Below are positions 45,301 through 55,327 of a DNA stretch of 64,000 nt, in pieces. The position numbers and the translations under genes are program-made. The notes beneath the pieces were generated by a model. That model was not told the origin of the DNA, ran no database searches, and saw only the letters and a list, made by a program, of their open reading frames with translations. Source of the DNA: Candidatus Bathyarchaeota archaeon (GTDB lineage Archaea > Thermoproteota > Bathyarchaeia > Bathyarchaeales > Bathyarchaeaceae). The stretch lies in contig CAVOMX010000012.1 in the NCBI GenBank assembly GCA_963697165.1, positions 96,001 through 160,000 of the forward strand, given 5' to 3'. How positions within the stretch are numbered: position 1 is the first letter of the stretch; every line of letters begins with the position of its first letter.

Positions 45301-46178
45301 CCAGTATAAGGTGTTAAATCAAAAGTTGAATTATTAAGTGTGATTAAATCGGTCCAGTTTGCCACATCAAGGGTGCTGCCATCATCTAAGGAGAAACCTA
45401 ACATAATTCCTGTGTTGTAGGTTCCTGTCGCTGTTACATTGACGTAATTATAATTTGACAAATTTAATGATGGACAGTTAATGGTGTAAATCATAACTGT
45501 GCCTGTGAAGTTAATTGGTTGAATTTCAAGGCTTAGACTAGCGTTATTGCTGTTTAGAACGTAATTGGTGGTTGTGAAATTAGCGTTTATTGTCCATTCA
45601 GTCAAAGGAACAACTGGTGGAGTAAAAGTAGCTGAAAGGTTAGTGAATTCAGTAGTTAAAGTCACCGGTAATGGTGTATCTTCGTTAAGTCCAAAGGTTT
45701 CAGCTTGATCGCTGGATAGTAAGATGCTTTTATTGTCGTTTAATAGATTGTTTATGTCCATTTGTTGTTGGGTTTTCCAGTCATAAAATATTCCAAAGGC
45801 ATCGGGGTAATCTGTTGGAATTCCTGAAAGTTTCATTTTAGGATCAAATTGGCTAGATATTAATGCAGGAACATCAGCTGATAATTCGGGCATAACTCCT
45901 AATGCATCAGGAACTAGATTGTTTACGGTTTCTTGATCACTGATGCTCAGATATCCGCCATTGGTAACGTTCATTATTCTAAGATCGACTTCTCCTTCAC
46001 CTTGAAGAATACTTGTTATGAAAGAATTTTCTAAAGTATCAGTTGTTATAGTAATTCCTACAAGCAAAGTAACTCCTAATGTAACAGCCAAAATTGCGCT
46101 AAGATTCTTTGTTTTTCTTCGGGATAACGATCTCCATGCAATCATAAAACTAGATTTTAAACCCAAATTATTCACCAA
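42348..46178 (-). CDS. Giant FtsX/MacB-family ABC permease (two FtsX domains)
   Basis: DREFQTGVLRAVGA and ERKREIGMMRAIG motifs, EALR endings, large extracellular loops; 1276 aa. Confidence 0.9.
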   Translation of the reverse strand: MVNNLGLKSSFMIAWRSLSRRKTKNLSAILAVTLGVTLLVGITITTDTLENSFITSILQGEGEVDLRIMNVTNGGYLSISDQETVNNLVPDALGVMPELSADVPALISSQFDPKMKLSGIPTDYPDAFGIFYDWKTQQQMDINNLLNDNKSILLSSDQAETFGLNEDTPLPVTLTTEFTNLSATFTPPVVPLTEWTINANFTTTNYVLNSNNASLSLEIQPINFTGTVMIYTINCPSLNLSNYNYVNVTATGTYNTGIMLGFSLDDGSTLDVANWTDLITLNNSTFDLTPYTGRVLRGDAFLGIVSFDGTPASIEITEIAFETLTPNGTQRVPIISFTPEISKIEMNVVGIFDSNRPGISSQYSGGIIRLDYLQNWLSLQDPKKETDIISTFLVSYKSDHFILGIDEDFLRNKLEQVENTIPEEINPQTGNTQKIYQVTSNRLDFTTFAEFFITLMSTMLTALGFLITMTGILLITNVQLMSVEDREFQTGVLRAVGANRSGIFQSIIIENLFQGIIGGIVGLIGGLAFGQAVAMYLVSLFGTGELSVQPVISQEAVILSVIIGVVLSIITGILPALRASRVKIVEALRGIKVEFKEKSSRNLAALGVLMIAGGIILLINNGIIEESYQVFWTSEGWDTLNEWRSLMMGFGLLTGGLGLVLSKYIDRVKAFNIAAITLWVIPSILFVVAMGNWVTDITGLSIDILILGIIEIMIGSILFVALNLPILMRGLRNVLIKIRGVKGVAQISPSLISSHITRSTLTFAIFAVILTLNVLVATLIPTSLGTAIQLEEDSKGVDMVIFLNKPEAIIPDTSYTDQVYKLDDRITDIIGFKTFRPGQDFTKFVSLKDPSSSDFDAATSFVPIGIGEFKAEQIRGNASDYSDPNWRYPFYLGDLPDGIRESALSDLSDEELEVLTKKGWDQFFTPEYEMAAYNVSSRILSIFSGETDLSELQIGGGDGGGFVGGSGEDPLEGVEPLRDDDGNIIKNPIVFTDSFILPLGMQIWIPMNSSTNGFPKYQAFTIGGSLDNQRAGGFPLSASLSIGGGDMDFQAILGTLYLPEYWSNQTNYLGEADGKTLISREENQYNSYLIKTSLPIDDPQIEDIAQKIEEFTNTNGEGYRLLADDNFYVASSSRTYSRIESTLELTDRIGSFLQIYVTFGLVIGAVGMGVISVRNVSERKREIGMMRAIGFPRTQVILSVLLELVVLGIIGLLIGTANGLLVSVGFANMQGVTLVIPWQEIGLYLSIIVLIALGSGSLPALVASRIPPAEALRYVG

Positions 46179-46191
46179 TTAATATATTATT

Positions 46192-46752
46192 TCATTCTAC
46201 AAACATATTGGAAGAATTCTGAAAATTATTTTTCATTCTTTGGACAATTTTTTCAAGTTTGTCATAACAATCGTTCAGGGATGCTGATATTTCTTCAACT
46301 TCCTTTTCTGAAATCCTGTCAGCATTTTGGCGTAATACGATTAATGACTTCATTACGTTCTTAGCAGATTCTTTTGTCTTGCGAAATCTTTCATTTTTAT
46401 CCTCAAGGTCGAAACCACCAACTAACATAGGTGCAAGGAATTCAATTCGTTTTATGAAATCCTGTCCAAATGCTATTTGTTTTTCAAAGAATCTTTTTCC
46501 TTCATCTGTAAAACTATATCTTTTAAATCCCTGATCATCCGTAGGTAACTCTATAGTTAACCCTTTTTTGTTTAACCGAGCTAGGAGAGGATAAATTGAT
46601 CCTGAACTGGGTTTCCAGCTTCCAGTTTGTTTTTCAATTTCTTCCACAATTTCTGCTCCAGACATGGGTTTTTCGTTAATCATCTTTAAAACTAAAAATT
46701 TGAGAAGACCTCTAGGAACGCCTACTGTTCTAGATTTCCTAGTAAAAGTCAT
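46192..46752 (-). CDS. PadR-family transcriptional regulator
   Basis: LKFLVLKMI..KPMSGAEI...WKPSSGSIYPLL..L...G..Y..T..G. Confidence 0.92.
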   Translation of the reverse strand: MTFTRKSRTVGVPRGLLKFLVLKMINEKPMSGAEIVEEIEKQTGSWKPSSGSIYPLLARLNKKGLTIELPTDDQGFKRYSFTDEGKRFFEKQIAFGQDFIKRIEFLAPMLVGGFDLEDKNERFRKTKESAKNVMKSLIVLRQNADRISEKEVEEISASLNDCYDKLEKIVQRMKNNFQNSSNMFVE

Positions 46753-46764
46753 TTAATCACATCG

Positions 46765-46786
46765 TAATGTCACTAGCAACATCACT
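46765..46786. promoter_or_regulatory. Putative PadR operator ATGT-N8-ACAT (copy 2)
   Basis: ATGTCACTAGCAACAT at 46767-46782, between a TATA-like box and the padR start. Confidence 0.6.
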
Positions 46787-46841
46787 TGAAATATAAAAAT
46801 GTTATGAATTTCGGTTCTGCTTTGTACACGTTTCAACTGTT

Positions 46842-47871
46842 CTAGTGCATTTGTTTCATTTTCAATTTGAAATCCTGCAGTGTTGACTGAAAATCGTTTC
46901 TTATGAAACCGCCTTTAACAAGCTCAGAATCTTTTACGCGCCTCTTGGACTGAAACACAAGCCTCTTTTTCCATATTTTGGGCAAAGTTGCAATCGGATT
47001 AATAACGCCCTTCAGGGTTGCTTTTGCCTCATCATGTTTTTTTACAGCAAAAAAACCTGCAGAAACAATAAACGTGAAAAAAGTCAAAACCGAAAATCTC
47101 CACCAGACGTTTCTAAGTTCATAGTTCTTGAGTACAGTATTCAATCGATTTTTAGAAGAATAATAAAGCATCATTCCGCTTACTCCCCTTAGAACGCCGC
47201 CGCGATGAATCACCACAGCGGATGGAACAAACATTACCTTATAACCCAGCAATCTTGTACGAAGAGAAAGGTCGGTATCATCATCATATATGAAATAGTC
47301 AGCGTCAAAGCCTCCAACTTGGTCAAAAACGTCTCTTCGAGCAATACAGCAACCTGAAGACGCCGCTAAAATCTCAAAATTTTCTTTAAGCATTTCTTCT
47401 TTTGAGCCATAGTTTGCAGCCCACGTTCCCAAAGCGTCAACAGCAACGCAAACATAGTCTAAACAACGTTTGTCTTCTGATAACACAATTTTAGCTTGCG
47501 CTAATCCGACTGTTTTATCCTTTTCCATGACATTAACTAGTTCGCAGAGCCAATTTTTTTCCTCGAATTCTATGTCACTATCCAAAAAAACAATGTATTG
47601 TCCTTTAGTCATTCTTGCGCCGATGTTGCAGCCCTCAGAATGTCCTACATTCTCACGTGTTTTCAACAATTTTTATTCGAGGATTTGAACCAAAAGAAGC
47701 TTCTATCTCCGCGAGGCTTCCGTCTGTCGAAGCATTATCAACAACAACTACTTCATAGTTAGGATAATCTGTATCCAAAAGAGTTTGTAAACACTGCCTC
47801 AAGAGATCTTTCCCATTAAAATTCACGATTACAACCGAGACAGAAGGGAAGCTCTCACTCTTTTTTGACAC
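46842..47871 (-). CDS. Glycosyltransferase family 2 (indel at ~47660)
   Basis: VSVVIVNFN, VVDNASTDGS, FLDSD, GGFD..FIYDDDTDL. Confidence 0.9.
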
Positions 47872-48023
47872 AACTATTCACCATACGAAACAAAACTTTA
47901 GCTTGGTTCCAGCACGTTTTCTCGTTTCAATAAAGTATTGGGCTAACTTAAAGCCTTTTTTGGCACAAACAATAAATTGTTTTCTATGCTGATTCTACGA
48001 AAGCGTAAATAGAAGCGATTCTG

Positions 48024-49055
48024 ATGGACAACTACAAAACATCCTCCTTCGGTCACTGTTATAGTTCCTGTACGGAATGGAGAACAAACTATCCAACCGT
48101 TACTTGAGTCTCTCCAAAAGCTGGACTACGACAGAAACAAAGTAGAGGTGATTGTAGTTGACGGAAACTCTACAGACAAAACTCGAGAAATAGTCAAAGA
48201 ATACCCCGTGAATCTTGTTGTTGAAAAAAGAAACGGATTAAACATTGCAAGAAACACAGGAATAAAATGCAGCAACGGAGAAATCGTTGCATTCACTGAC
48301 TCCGACTGCATAGTGCCTCAAAACTGGATAACAAAAATCGTCGAGAACTTCAAAGACCCCAAAGTCGGCTGCGTAGGTGGAAGCACAAAAGCTCTTGACA
48401 ACGATTTTGTTTCACAATATGCTGACAACAGCATAGTACAGACTGATGCCATTCTTCAGGAAACGGGAAGAACTTGAAAAAGTGAAACCGTTCTTCCGAC
48501 ATCCAGCAGGATGCAACATGGCTTTTAGACGAAAAGTAGCCGAGAAAGTCGGATATTTTGACGAGAATATTCAGTATGGCTTTGATGAAGTTGAGTTTGC
48601 AGACAGAGTTTGCATGGCAGGTTACAAGATGGTTCTGGACCCCGAAGTTTCGGTCTGGCACAAGCATCGAGCAACACTTGGAGACTTTATGAAACAAAAC
48701 TTTCAGTATGGCAAAGGAAGCGGATTGGTGCTTAAAAGAAACAGGTTGAAGGACGCGGTTTCTAGATGGGCGTTTCTGGGACTAATTGGTTTCATAAGTT
48801 GGCTGATGATAGTTGGATCGTTATCGTTTCTAACTCTTACGTCAAGTTCCAGCATTTTCCAATTGGTTACTCTTCGGGTTCACTGGCTTGCCCCTAATCA
48901 TATTGGCGTCAGTTTATGTATATCGAGCAGTTCAGAACAAAAAATTTGCCAGAATTGTAACATACCCGTTTATTGATCTCTTCAGAACGCTTTCTTTCTG
49001 TTGTGGACAAGTTTATCAACTTTTTAAAAGGACTCGAAACGTAACAGAGTGTTAG
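48024..49055 (+). CDS. Glycosyltransferase family 2 with C-terminal TMs (indels)
   Basis: VTVIVPVRN, VVDGNSTD, ARNTG, FTDSD, GCNMAFRR. Confidence 0.88.
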
Positions 49056-49286
49056 CTCCTAAACGTCGGCACTATGTCCGTGAACAAAAACATTCCCAAA
49101 TAGTAAACATATCTGCTCCTGCAACTTTTCTTAAATTACTCGTATCCCCTTTTTTCTTAGTCAAGGAGAGGGTAACTTGCTTTGGATTTTGAGTCTGAAG
49201 GCTACGTTTACAACCTGTTCGAAGCGTTAATTGACCTTGTACGTGGAGAAAAACGCAAAAAACTACATTTGCCAAATGCCTGATTT

Positions 49287-49511
49287 GTGGTTGCCTTAGC
49301 CAATTCAGACCGAAATCCAATAGCATGCAAGTTCACAGATCTTTACTGCAATAACTGCGGAATCATCATCTCTTTTGGCACAAAAGGAAAGGATCCTCAA
49401 ATAAGCGAACATGCCAAAATATTTTGTGAAAACTGTGAAGACGACTGCAGAAAATGTCAAATCAACAAATTAGCCAACGAAAAGTTATTAAAAGACATTA
49501 ACCGCAAATAA
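49287..49511 (+). CDS. Possible small Cys-rich (Zn-finger) protein
   Basis: CNNC...CENC..CRKC; start uncertain. Confidence 0.4.
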   Translation: MVALANSDRNPIACKFTDLYCNNCGIIISFGTKGKDPQISEHAKIFCENCEDDCRKCQINKLANEKLLKDINRK

Positions 49512-49566
49512 ACATATTGTAGACTCAAAAAACAGCTTATTTTTTAATAAGAAAAAAATCTAATTA

Positions 49567-49587
49567 CAGTTACCAAAATGGTAACTG
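49567..49587. terminator. Perfect 9-bp inverted repeat between convergent genes
   Basis: CAGTTACCA-AAA-TGGTAACTG, flanked by T-tracts on the minus strand just past the ssb stop. Confidence 0.5.
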
Positions 49588-49615
49588 AAACAAGGAAAAT
49601 GAAAAAGAAGTATTT

Positions 49616-50167
49616 TTAGTATCTTCTTCGCTGGTATCCGCCGTCGTTGCCGCCGCTTCTTCCGCCACCGCCGTATCCGCCGCCGCCTCTACCGCCGTAG
49701 CCACCGCCGCTTCTCCGCCACCGCCGTATCCGCCGCCGCCTCTACCGTAGCCACCGCCGCCGCCTCTGTTGAAGCGTCTCTCTTGTTCGTATCGTTTGTC
49801 TGAAATGTTGTTTTCTGTGTTGACTTTAGATGATTGGCGAATCTTCTACTATTTCGTAGCTGCCATATTTTCCGATGTTTAGGCGTATGTTTCCTCTGAA
49901 GAGGTTTATGTAACCGTTAGTGATGCTTAGTGTGGCTTCTTCGTTTATTGCGTCTATTTTGTCATCCCAAAGGGTCATGTATACACATCCAGTCTCGTCG
50001 CCAACTAACGCATCTGCAACTCGTCGTACAGAATAATCACGTCCAGTGACGCTCCTGATTTCACCCTTAGAAACTACTTTCACGATGGTGTTGACGCCTC
50101 TAGAATTGGGGGTCAACGTTTCAATTTTTACCAGTTCTTCACTTTCAGATGGTTCTTCACCTGACAT
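49616..50167 (-). CDS. ssb: Single-OB-fold ssDNA-binding protein with Gly/Arg/Tyr-rich tail (indels)
   Basis: VADALVGDETG...LWD...NGY..LNIGKYG; tail GGGGYGRGGGGYGG...QRRRY. Confidence 0.88.
49655..49765. repeat. ~54-bp GC-rich tandem duplication encoding the RGG/YGG tail
   Basis: CCGCCACCGCCGTATCCGCCGCCGCCTCTACC occurs twice. Confidence 0.85.
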
Positions 50168-50359
50168 TTAATCTACATCCGATTTACATGGTCATTTAGA
50201 GCGGTTCTTAAAGATTGTGGTATAACCCCATAGACCACAAAAACTTGAAACATAACGTTTGAATCAAAAAACGGTAAAATAAACCAAAATTAGCCAATCA
50301 GCAAGTCACTCACAATTTATAAGTTCCCTCACTGCAACTCTTTACTCGATGGTGTTTCT

Positions 50360-51846
50360 ATGAATGGGCAAAGAAAATTTCAGGAACCTAGAGCATCTGT
50401 TCCCATCGAAAAAATTGACGATTACCACTGGCAAATACCCACAAGCTACAAGTCTGGTATGCGTGTTCCCGGTATGGTCTTTGCTGACGAGCAACTCATC
50501 GAAAAAATAAAACTGGATCGAACACTTGATCAGTGCGCCAATGTTGCTCACTTACCCGGAATTTACAAGTATGCGATTACGTTGCCTGATGGTCATGAAG
50601 GGTATGGTTTTCCGATAGGCGGGGTTGCGGCTACAGACTATAATGAAGGCGTGATTAAGTCCAGGGGGCGTGGGCTACGACATCAACTGTGGTGTGCGTC
50701 TATTAACAACGAACCTTTCTGAAAGCGATGCTAGACCATACCTTGCTGGCCTCACCAACTCCATATTCAATAATGTTCCCAGCGGACTTGGTAGCTGCCG
50801 CAAAGACTTCCGACTGAACCTGCATGAACTTGACCAGCTGGTTACGGAGGGGGTGTCTTGGGCAGTAGATAAGGGGCTTGGACGGTCTGAAGACATCAAA
50901 CACTGTGAAGAAGAGGGATGTATGGAAGGCGCTAACCCTGACAAGATTTCGTCAAAAGCCAAGCAAAGGGGTCTTCCTCAAAGTGGCACCCTCGGTTCAG
51001 GAAACCATTTCCTAGAAATCGGAAAGGTTGACAAAATCTACGACAATAAAGTGGCTAAAACCTTCGGCGTCACACATGAGGGACAAGTTACAGTTCTGAT
51101 TCACTGTGGCTCACGCGGATTCGGACATCAAATCTGTTCAGACTATCTGCGTGTCATGGAACGAGCCGTCCAAAAATATGGCATCTCATATACCCGACAG
51201 GGAACTCGCCTGTGCACCAGCCACAAGCAACGAAGCCCAAGATTATTATCAGGCTATGGCATGCGCAGTCAACTACGCTTTTGTGAATCGTCAAGTTATC
51301 ACACATTGGGTTCGCCAGAGCTTTGAAGAGATTTTCAAGAGATCAGCGGAAGACTTGGGTTTGAATCTGGTCTACGATGTTGCCCATAATATCGCAAAGA
51401 GTGAAGAACACACTATAGACGGGAAGCGAACCAAAGTTTGGACTCACAGGAAAGGAGCGACAAGATCGTTTCCGCCTGGACACAAGGACGTTCCAGCCGA
51501 TTACCGTTCTGTGGGACAGCCTGTCATTATACCCGGAAGTATGGGCACAAGCTCGTGGCTGCTGGCGGGAACGGCTAAAGCTATGGATGTTTCTTTTGGT
51601 TCCACGGCTCATGGAGCTGGTCGCATGTTGAGCAGATCGGCTGCGAAGCGAAGGTTCTGGGGCGGAGACGTAAAACAGGCGCTGGAGGGTCGAGGAATCG
51701 TTGTCAGAGCAGCCAGTTCTACTATTTTGGCTGAAGAAGCTGATTTAGCATACAAGGATGTGGACAGAGTAGTGGACGTGAGCGATAAGGCGGGAATCGC
51801 AACCCGTGTTGCCCGCTTGGTTCCACTGGGAGTCGTAAAAGGATAA
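50360..51846 (+). CDS. rtcB: RNA-splicing ligase RtcB (indels at ~50658 and ~51190)
   Basis: [60 protein letters not shown]. Confidence 0.96.
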
Positions 51847-51855
51847 AACTGGCAT

Positions 51856-52750
51856 TTAGTGCTTCTGTTGGGTTCGCAGTAGATGGAACAGGTATTCCTG
51901 TGCGTATCCTGCATATCTTCCAAAATATTGTCTCCCAAAGGAGCCTATAGTTTCGTATTCCTTAGGTGTGGGTGAGCCTTTGCTGGCGACTCGTTTAATG
52001 AACGAAGAGTCAAAGTGGCAGGTATAGAGACTTGTGGCTGCCCTCTTCATCCATACATCTATAGGAAAAGCCTCAAGCTTCTCTAAAGAAAAGAGAAGAA
52101 CGCAGTCAGCAACTTTATGTCCCACTCCTGGTAAACCCAAAAGGGTTCGTTTAGCCTCCAAATAGTCCATGTTCTTCAAAGACTCAAGAGATAGTTCCCC
52201 GTTGTCAATCATTTTTGCGGTCTCCAAAACTCGCTCAGCCCTGAAACCTAAACCACAACTTCGCAATTCTTCGATGCTGACTTGTGCTAGGTCTTCTGGC
52301 TTCGGAAAAGTGTAAAAAGTGTAGACGATCAAACGCCAACTTTTTTCCAAACTGTATGCAGATGCTATTGATCATTCTTTTGATGGCTGGGATACTCTTG
52401 TATGTTGCACAGATGTAAGAGATGAGGCACTCCCACGGTTCTTGCCTGCATAATCTCAGTCCACAGAAAAGTCTGATTGCCTCTCGAATATTCTCATCTT
52501 TGTTTATCTCAGACAGAATAGATGCTAAGTCATCGTCTAATCTCAAGTAATTCTCGATAAATCCGTGTTTTTTTGTTTCTGGAAAAATCTGAAAAATCAG
52601 CCTTTCGTTGCACTGTTTTATCTTAATCACTCTGTCTGCAACAGTGCCATACCACCAATCATCCAGTTTTTTCCATCGAAAAAGTTGACCACAATTCAAG
52701 GTGTGCTCTAAGCTGAAGGGACCAGATGACCTGTTCAGCTTAAGTTCCAT
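51856..52750 (-). CDS. ogg1: 8-oxoguanine DNA glycosylase/AP lyase, OGG1-like (indel at ~52318)
   Basis: CGQLFRW, QEPWECLISYI, GLGFRA, LPGVGHKVADCV...FPIDVW, AGYAQEYLF. Confidence 0.9.
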
Positions 52751-52760
52751 GGCGTTTCCT

Positions 52761-53358
52761 TCAGCAAGTTGGTTCAGTCTGCAGGAACGGATTGTGCCTC
52801 TTTTCGTCGCCTATGGTAGTGAATGACTCGTGTCCGGGATATACCTTGAAACTGTCGGGCAAACACAAAAGCTTGGTCTTAATCGACCGTATTATCTCTT
52901 CGAATGATCCTCCGGGAAAGTCGGTTCTGCCTATAGAACCCGCGAAAAGTGTATCTCCAGTAAAAACAATGTTGTCTCCTACGAGGCATATGCCGCCTTT
53001 TGTGTGTCCGGGCGTGTGAAGAACAGCCAGCTTGAAATTGCCTACATGTATGCCGTCTCCGTCGTGGAGCTTCTGGTCTGCATTTACACGTCCAGAATGG
53101 CTTTCATGGATAAGTATGAGCGCATCTGTTGCCTCTTTGATGAAACCGTTTCCGGATATGTGATCGGGGTGACCATGAGTGTTTATGACATATTTTACGT
53201 GGAAGCCGTTCTGTTTTATGAAATCCAAAATCTCTTCTAGCTTCATTTTTGGTTTCTAATCCCGGGTCAATAATCGCCGCTTCTTTGGTTTCTTCGCAGC
53301 CTGCGACATAACAGTTTGTGGATAACCACCCAACCTTGAAGCATTCTATGATCATCAA
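52761..53358 (-). CDS. MBL-fold metallo-hydrolase (glyoxalase II-like; indel at ~53240)
   Basis: TNCY, IDPG, THGHPDH, HTPGHT, GDTLF, PGH. Confidence 0.92.
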
Positions 53359-53509
53359 TATACCTCACTGAAAGTTGACGACAACTCCTATTCAAAAAGG
53401 GAACCACATTATAAAACATACTGAATTTTAGAGCAGAGTATCTTCAGATTAACTCTCTAAACTAGATTTCATGTAAAGTCTTAATTCACACGCTTTAGTA
53501 TATGATCTG

Positions 53510-54229
53510 GTGGAATGGAAGATGAGTCAGCAGGCTTGGGAAGGACTTATTCAAAAATTGGCTAGAACCGGTATCCTCCAGTCGCCAAATGTCATCAGAG
53601 CATTGCGTCAAGTTTCACGGAGCCAATTTCTTCCTGAAAACGTGAAAGCTAATGCAGCCATGGACTGCCCGCTTCCGATAGGGTCAGGCCAAACAGCTTC
53701 CGCGCCTCTCAGTTTACACAGTGTGGTCAACTGGGCGAAACATGGTAGCTATAATGGATGAAGCCCTTGATTTGGAAGTGGGACACAAGGTTCTGGAGGT
53801 GGGTGCAGGTTCAGGCTGGCACGCTGCCACCATAGCTGAGATAGTGGCTCCGTCGGATGCGCCTAAGGAAGAGTGGGGACACGTCTACACGGTGGAGAGA
53901 ATACCAGAGTTAGCCGCGTTTGCCAAAGACAACATTACGAAGGCAGGGTATGGAAACCGAGTCACCGTAATCCATCAGGATGGAACATTAGGGTACATCC
54001 TGAAGAGACTCCATATGATCGTATCCTAGTTGCGGCGGCTGGTCCAGAGGTGCCCAAACCTTTGATTCAACAGTTAGGCGAGGATGGAATCCTTCTTGTT
54101 CCTGTGGGAGGCGCCCAATTCTACCAAACTTTGATTAGACTCAGAAAAGAGAACGGAAAAACAATTGAGGAAAACTTGGGAGGAGTCGCCTTCGTACCTC
54201 TAATCGGTAAATACGGCTTCGAACCGTAA
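53510..54229 (+). CDS. pcm: Protein-L-isoaspartate O-methyltransferase, interrupted by a BHB intron (plus an indel at ~53997)
   Basis: [53 protein letters not shown]. Confidence 0.93.
53709..53739 (+). other. 31-nt bulge-helix-bulge intron in pcm mRNA
   Basis: Central helix CGCC/GGCG, 3-nt bulges TC^T and AA^A, intron stem CAGTT/AACTG; removal gives CCT CAC ATG (P-H-M) in frame. Confidence 0.85.
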
Positions 54230-54235
54230 ATGACA

Positions 54236-55270
54236 CTAGCCGAACCACGTTTCAAGAGTTGTTTTGCTTTTTGCTTCCTTTAGTCCTTCAGCCATTTTGT
54301 TGAGGGTTCTACGCACCCGATCCTCAGAAAAGTCTCTTTCGCGGCAAAGAAAGTCTACTACACCATCGACGTTGGGCGCTTTCCATTCCAGCTTATAGTT
54401 GTCCGTAACTTTTGGGTGAAGAAAGATTTCCCGTATTCTTTTAGGTTCAGCCGGAAATGTGGCATCTTCCAACTCAGGTATAGCCTCTTCGATGCTTCCA
54501 TGTTTCTTGATCAGTTTCAGAGCAGTTTTTGGTCCTATTCCCTTCACGCCATTAGGATTAAAGTCCGTTCCCACCAGAATCGCCACATCTATGAGCTGCT
54601 CACGCGTGACATCCAAATCTTTGAGAACCTGATCAAGTTTCATAATCTCCGGCACAACTTCAACATAAACATTCTTTCTTGGAACCTTTCGTCTGCCACT
54701 TATAGTCACGTTTCTCACAAGAGCAGTTGCGCCAAAGAGAAGACTATCGTAGTCTTGGCTGGCACAGTAGTCAGCATCACCCTTGATTGTTAGGTAGGCA
54801 GCTTGGGATTCACCTTCAGACGGCGCTTGAATCCATGGCACGCCCAATTCAGTGAGAAGCCGTTTCGAATCATCTGGCATGTAGTCCTTTAGCTTAGAAG
54901 TCATTTGAGCATAGCTTCTAGCCTTCTCCATTTTTCCTTCCATTATAGCTGTTTCATACCTGACAAGAGCCTCCGCCTTGACTTTGGCTCTGCGTTTAAT
55001 CTCCGCCTCTTTGAGGGCAGGCGGAGCCCCATCAAAAACATAGGCAACCTTCATGCCCATCTCAACAAGATTAGCAGTTCTGTAGAATAACCCACTAAGA
55101 TGACTGGTTATCCTGCCAGAACGATCCTTCAAAGGTGTGCCATCTGGCTGACGGATGATCGCCAAAAACTGGTAAAGGGCATTGTATGCGTCGATTGCTA
55201 CAGTCTTTCCGCTCAGGCTCTTGAAATCAACCTTTGTCTTAGGTATCAATACCCTCAAATTTACGCCCAA
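54236..55270 (-). CDS. fen1: Flap endonuclease 1
   Basis: AIDAYNALYQFL, VFDG, SEGESQ, SQDYDSLLFG, GTDFN.GVKGIGPKTA, C-terminal PIP-like TTLETWF. Confidence 0.96.
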   Translation of the reverse strand: MGVNLRVLIPKTKVDFKSLSGKTVAIDAYNALYQFLAIIRQPDGTPLKDRSGRITSHLSGLFYRTANLVEMGMKVAYVFDGAPPALKEAEIKRRAKVKAEALVRYETAIMEGKMEKARSYAQMTSKLKDYMPDDSKRLLTELGVPWIQAPSEGESQAAYLTIKGDADYCASQDYDSLLFGATALVRNVTISGRRKVPRKNVYVEVVPEIMKLDQVLKDLDVTREQLIDVAILVGTDFNPNGVKGIGPKTALKLIKKHGSIEEAIPELEDATFPAEPKRIREIFLHPKVTDNYKLEWKAPNVDGVVDFLCRERDFSEDRVRRTLNKMAEGLKEAKSKTTLETWFG

Positions 55271-55327
55271 AGTTATCTGCCACCAGATACTGGTTAAAGG
55301 CTGAGCCACGAAGATGCTCGAGGGTGG

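Noticed and set aside
50650..51200. rtcB frameshifts as introns or programmed frameshifts
   Set aside because: Each is fixed by deleting one base; there is no extra sequence and no BHB.
53985..54005. Second break in pcm as another intron
   Set aside because: Only a 1-2 nt discrepancy (LGY-PEE), with no inserted segment.
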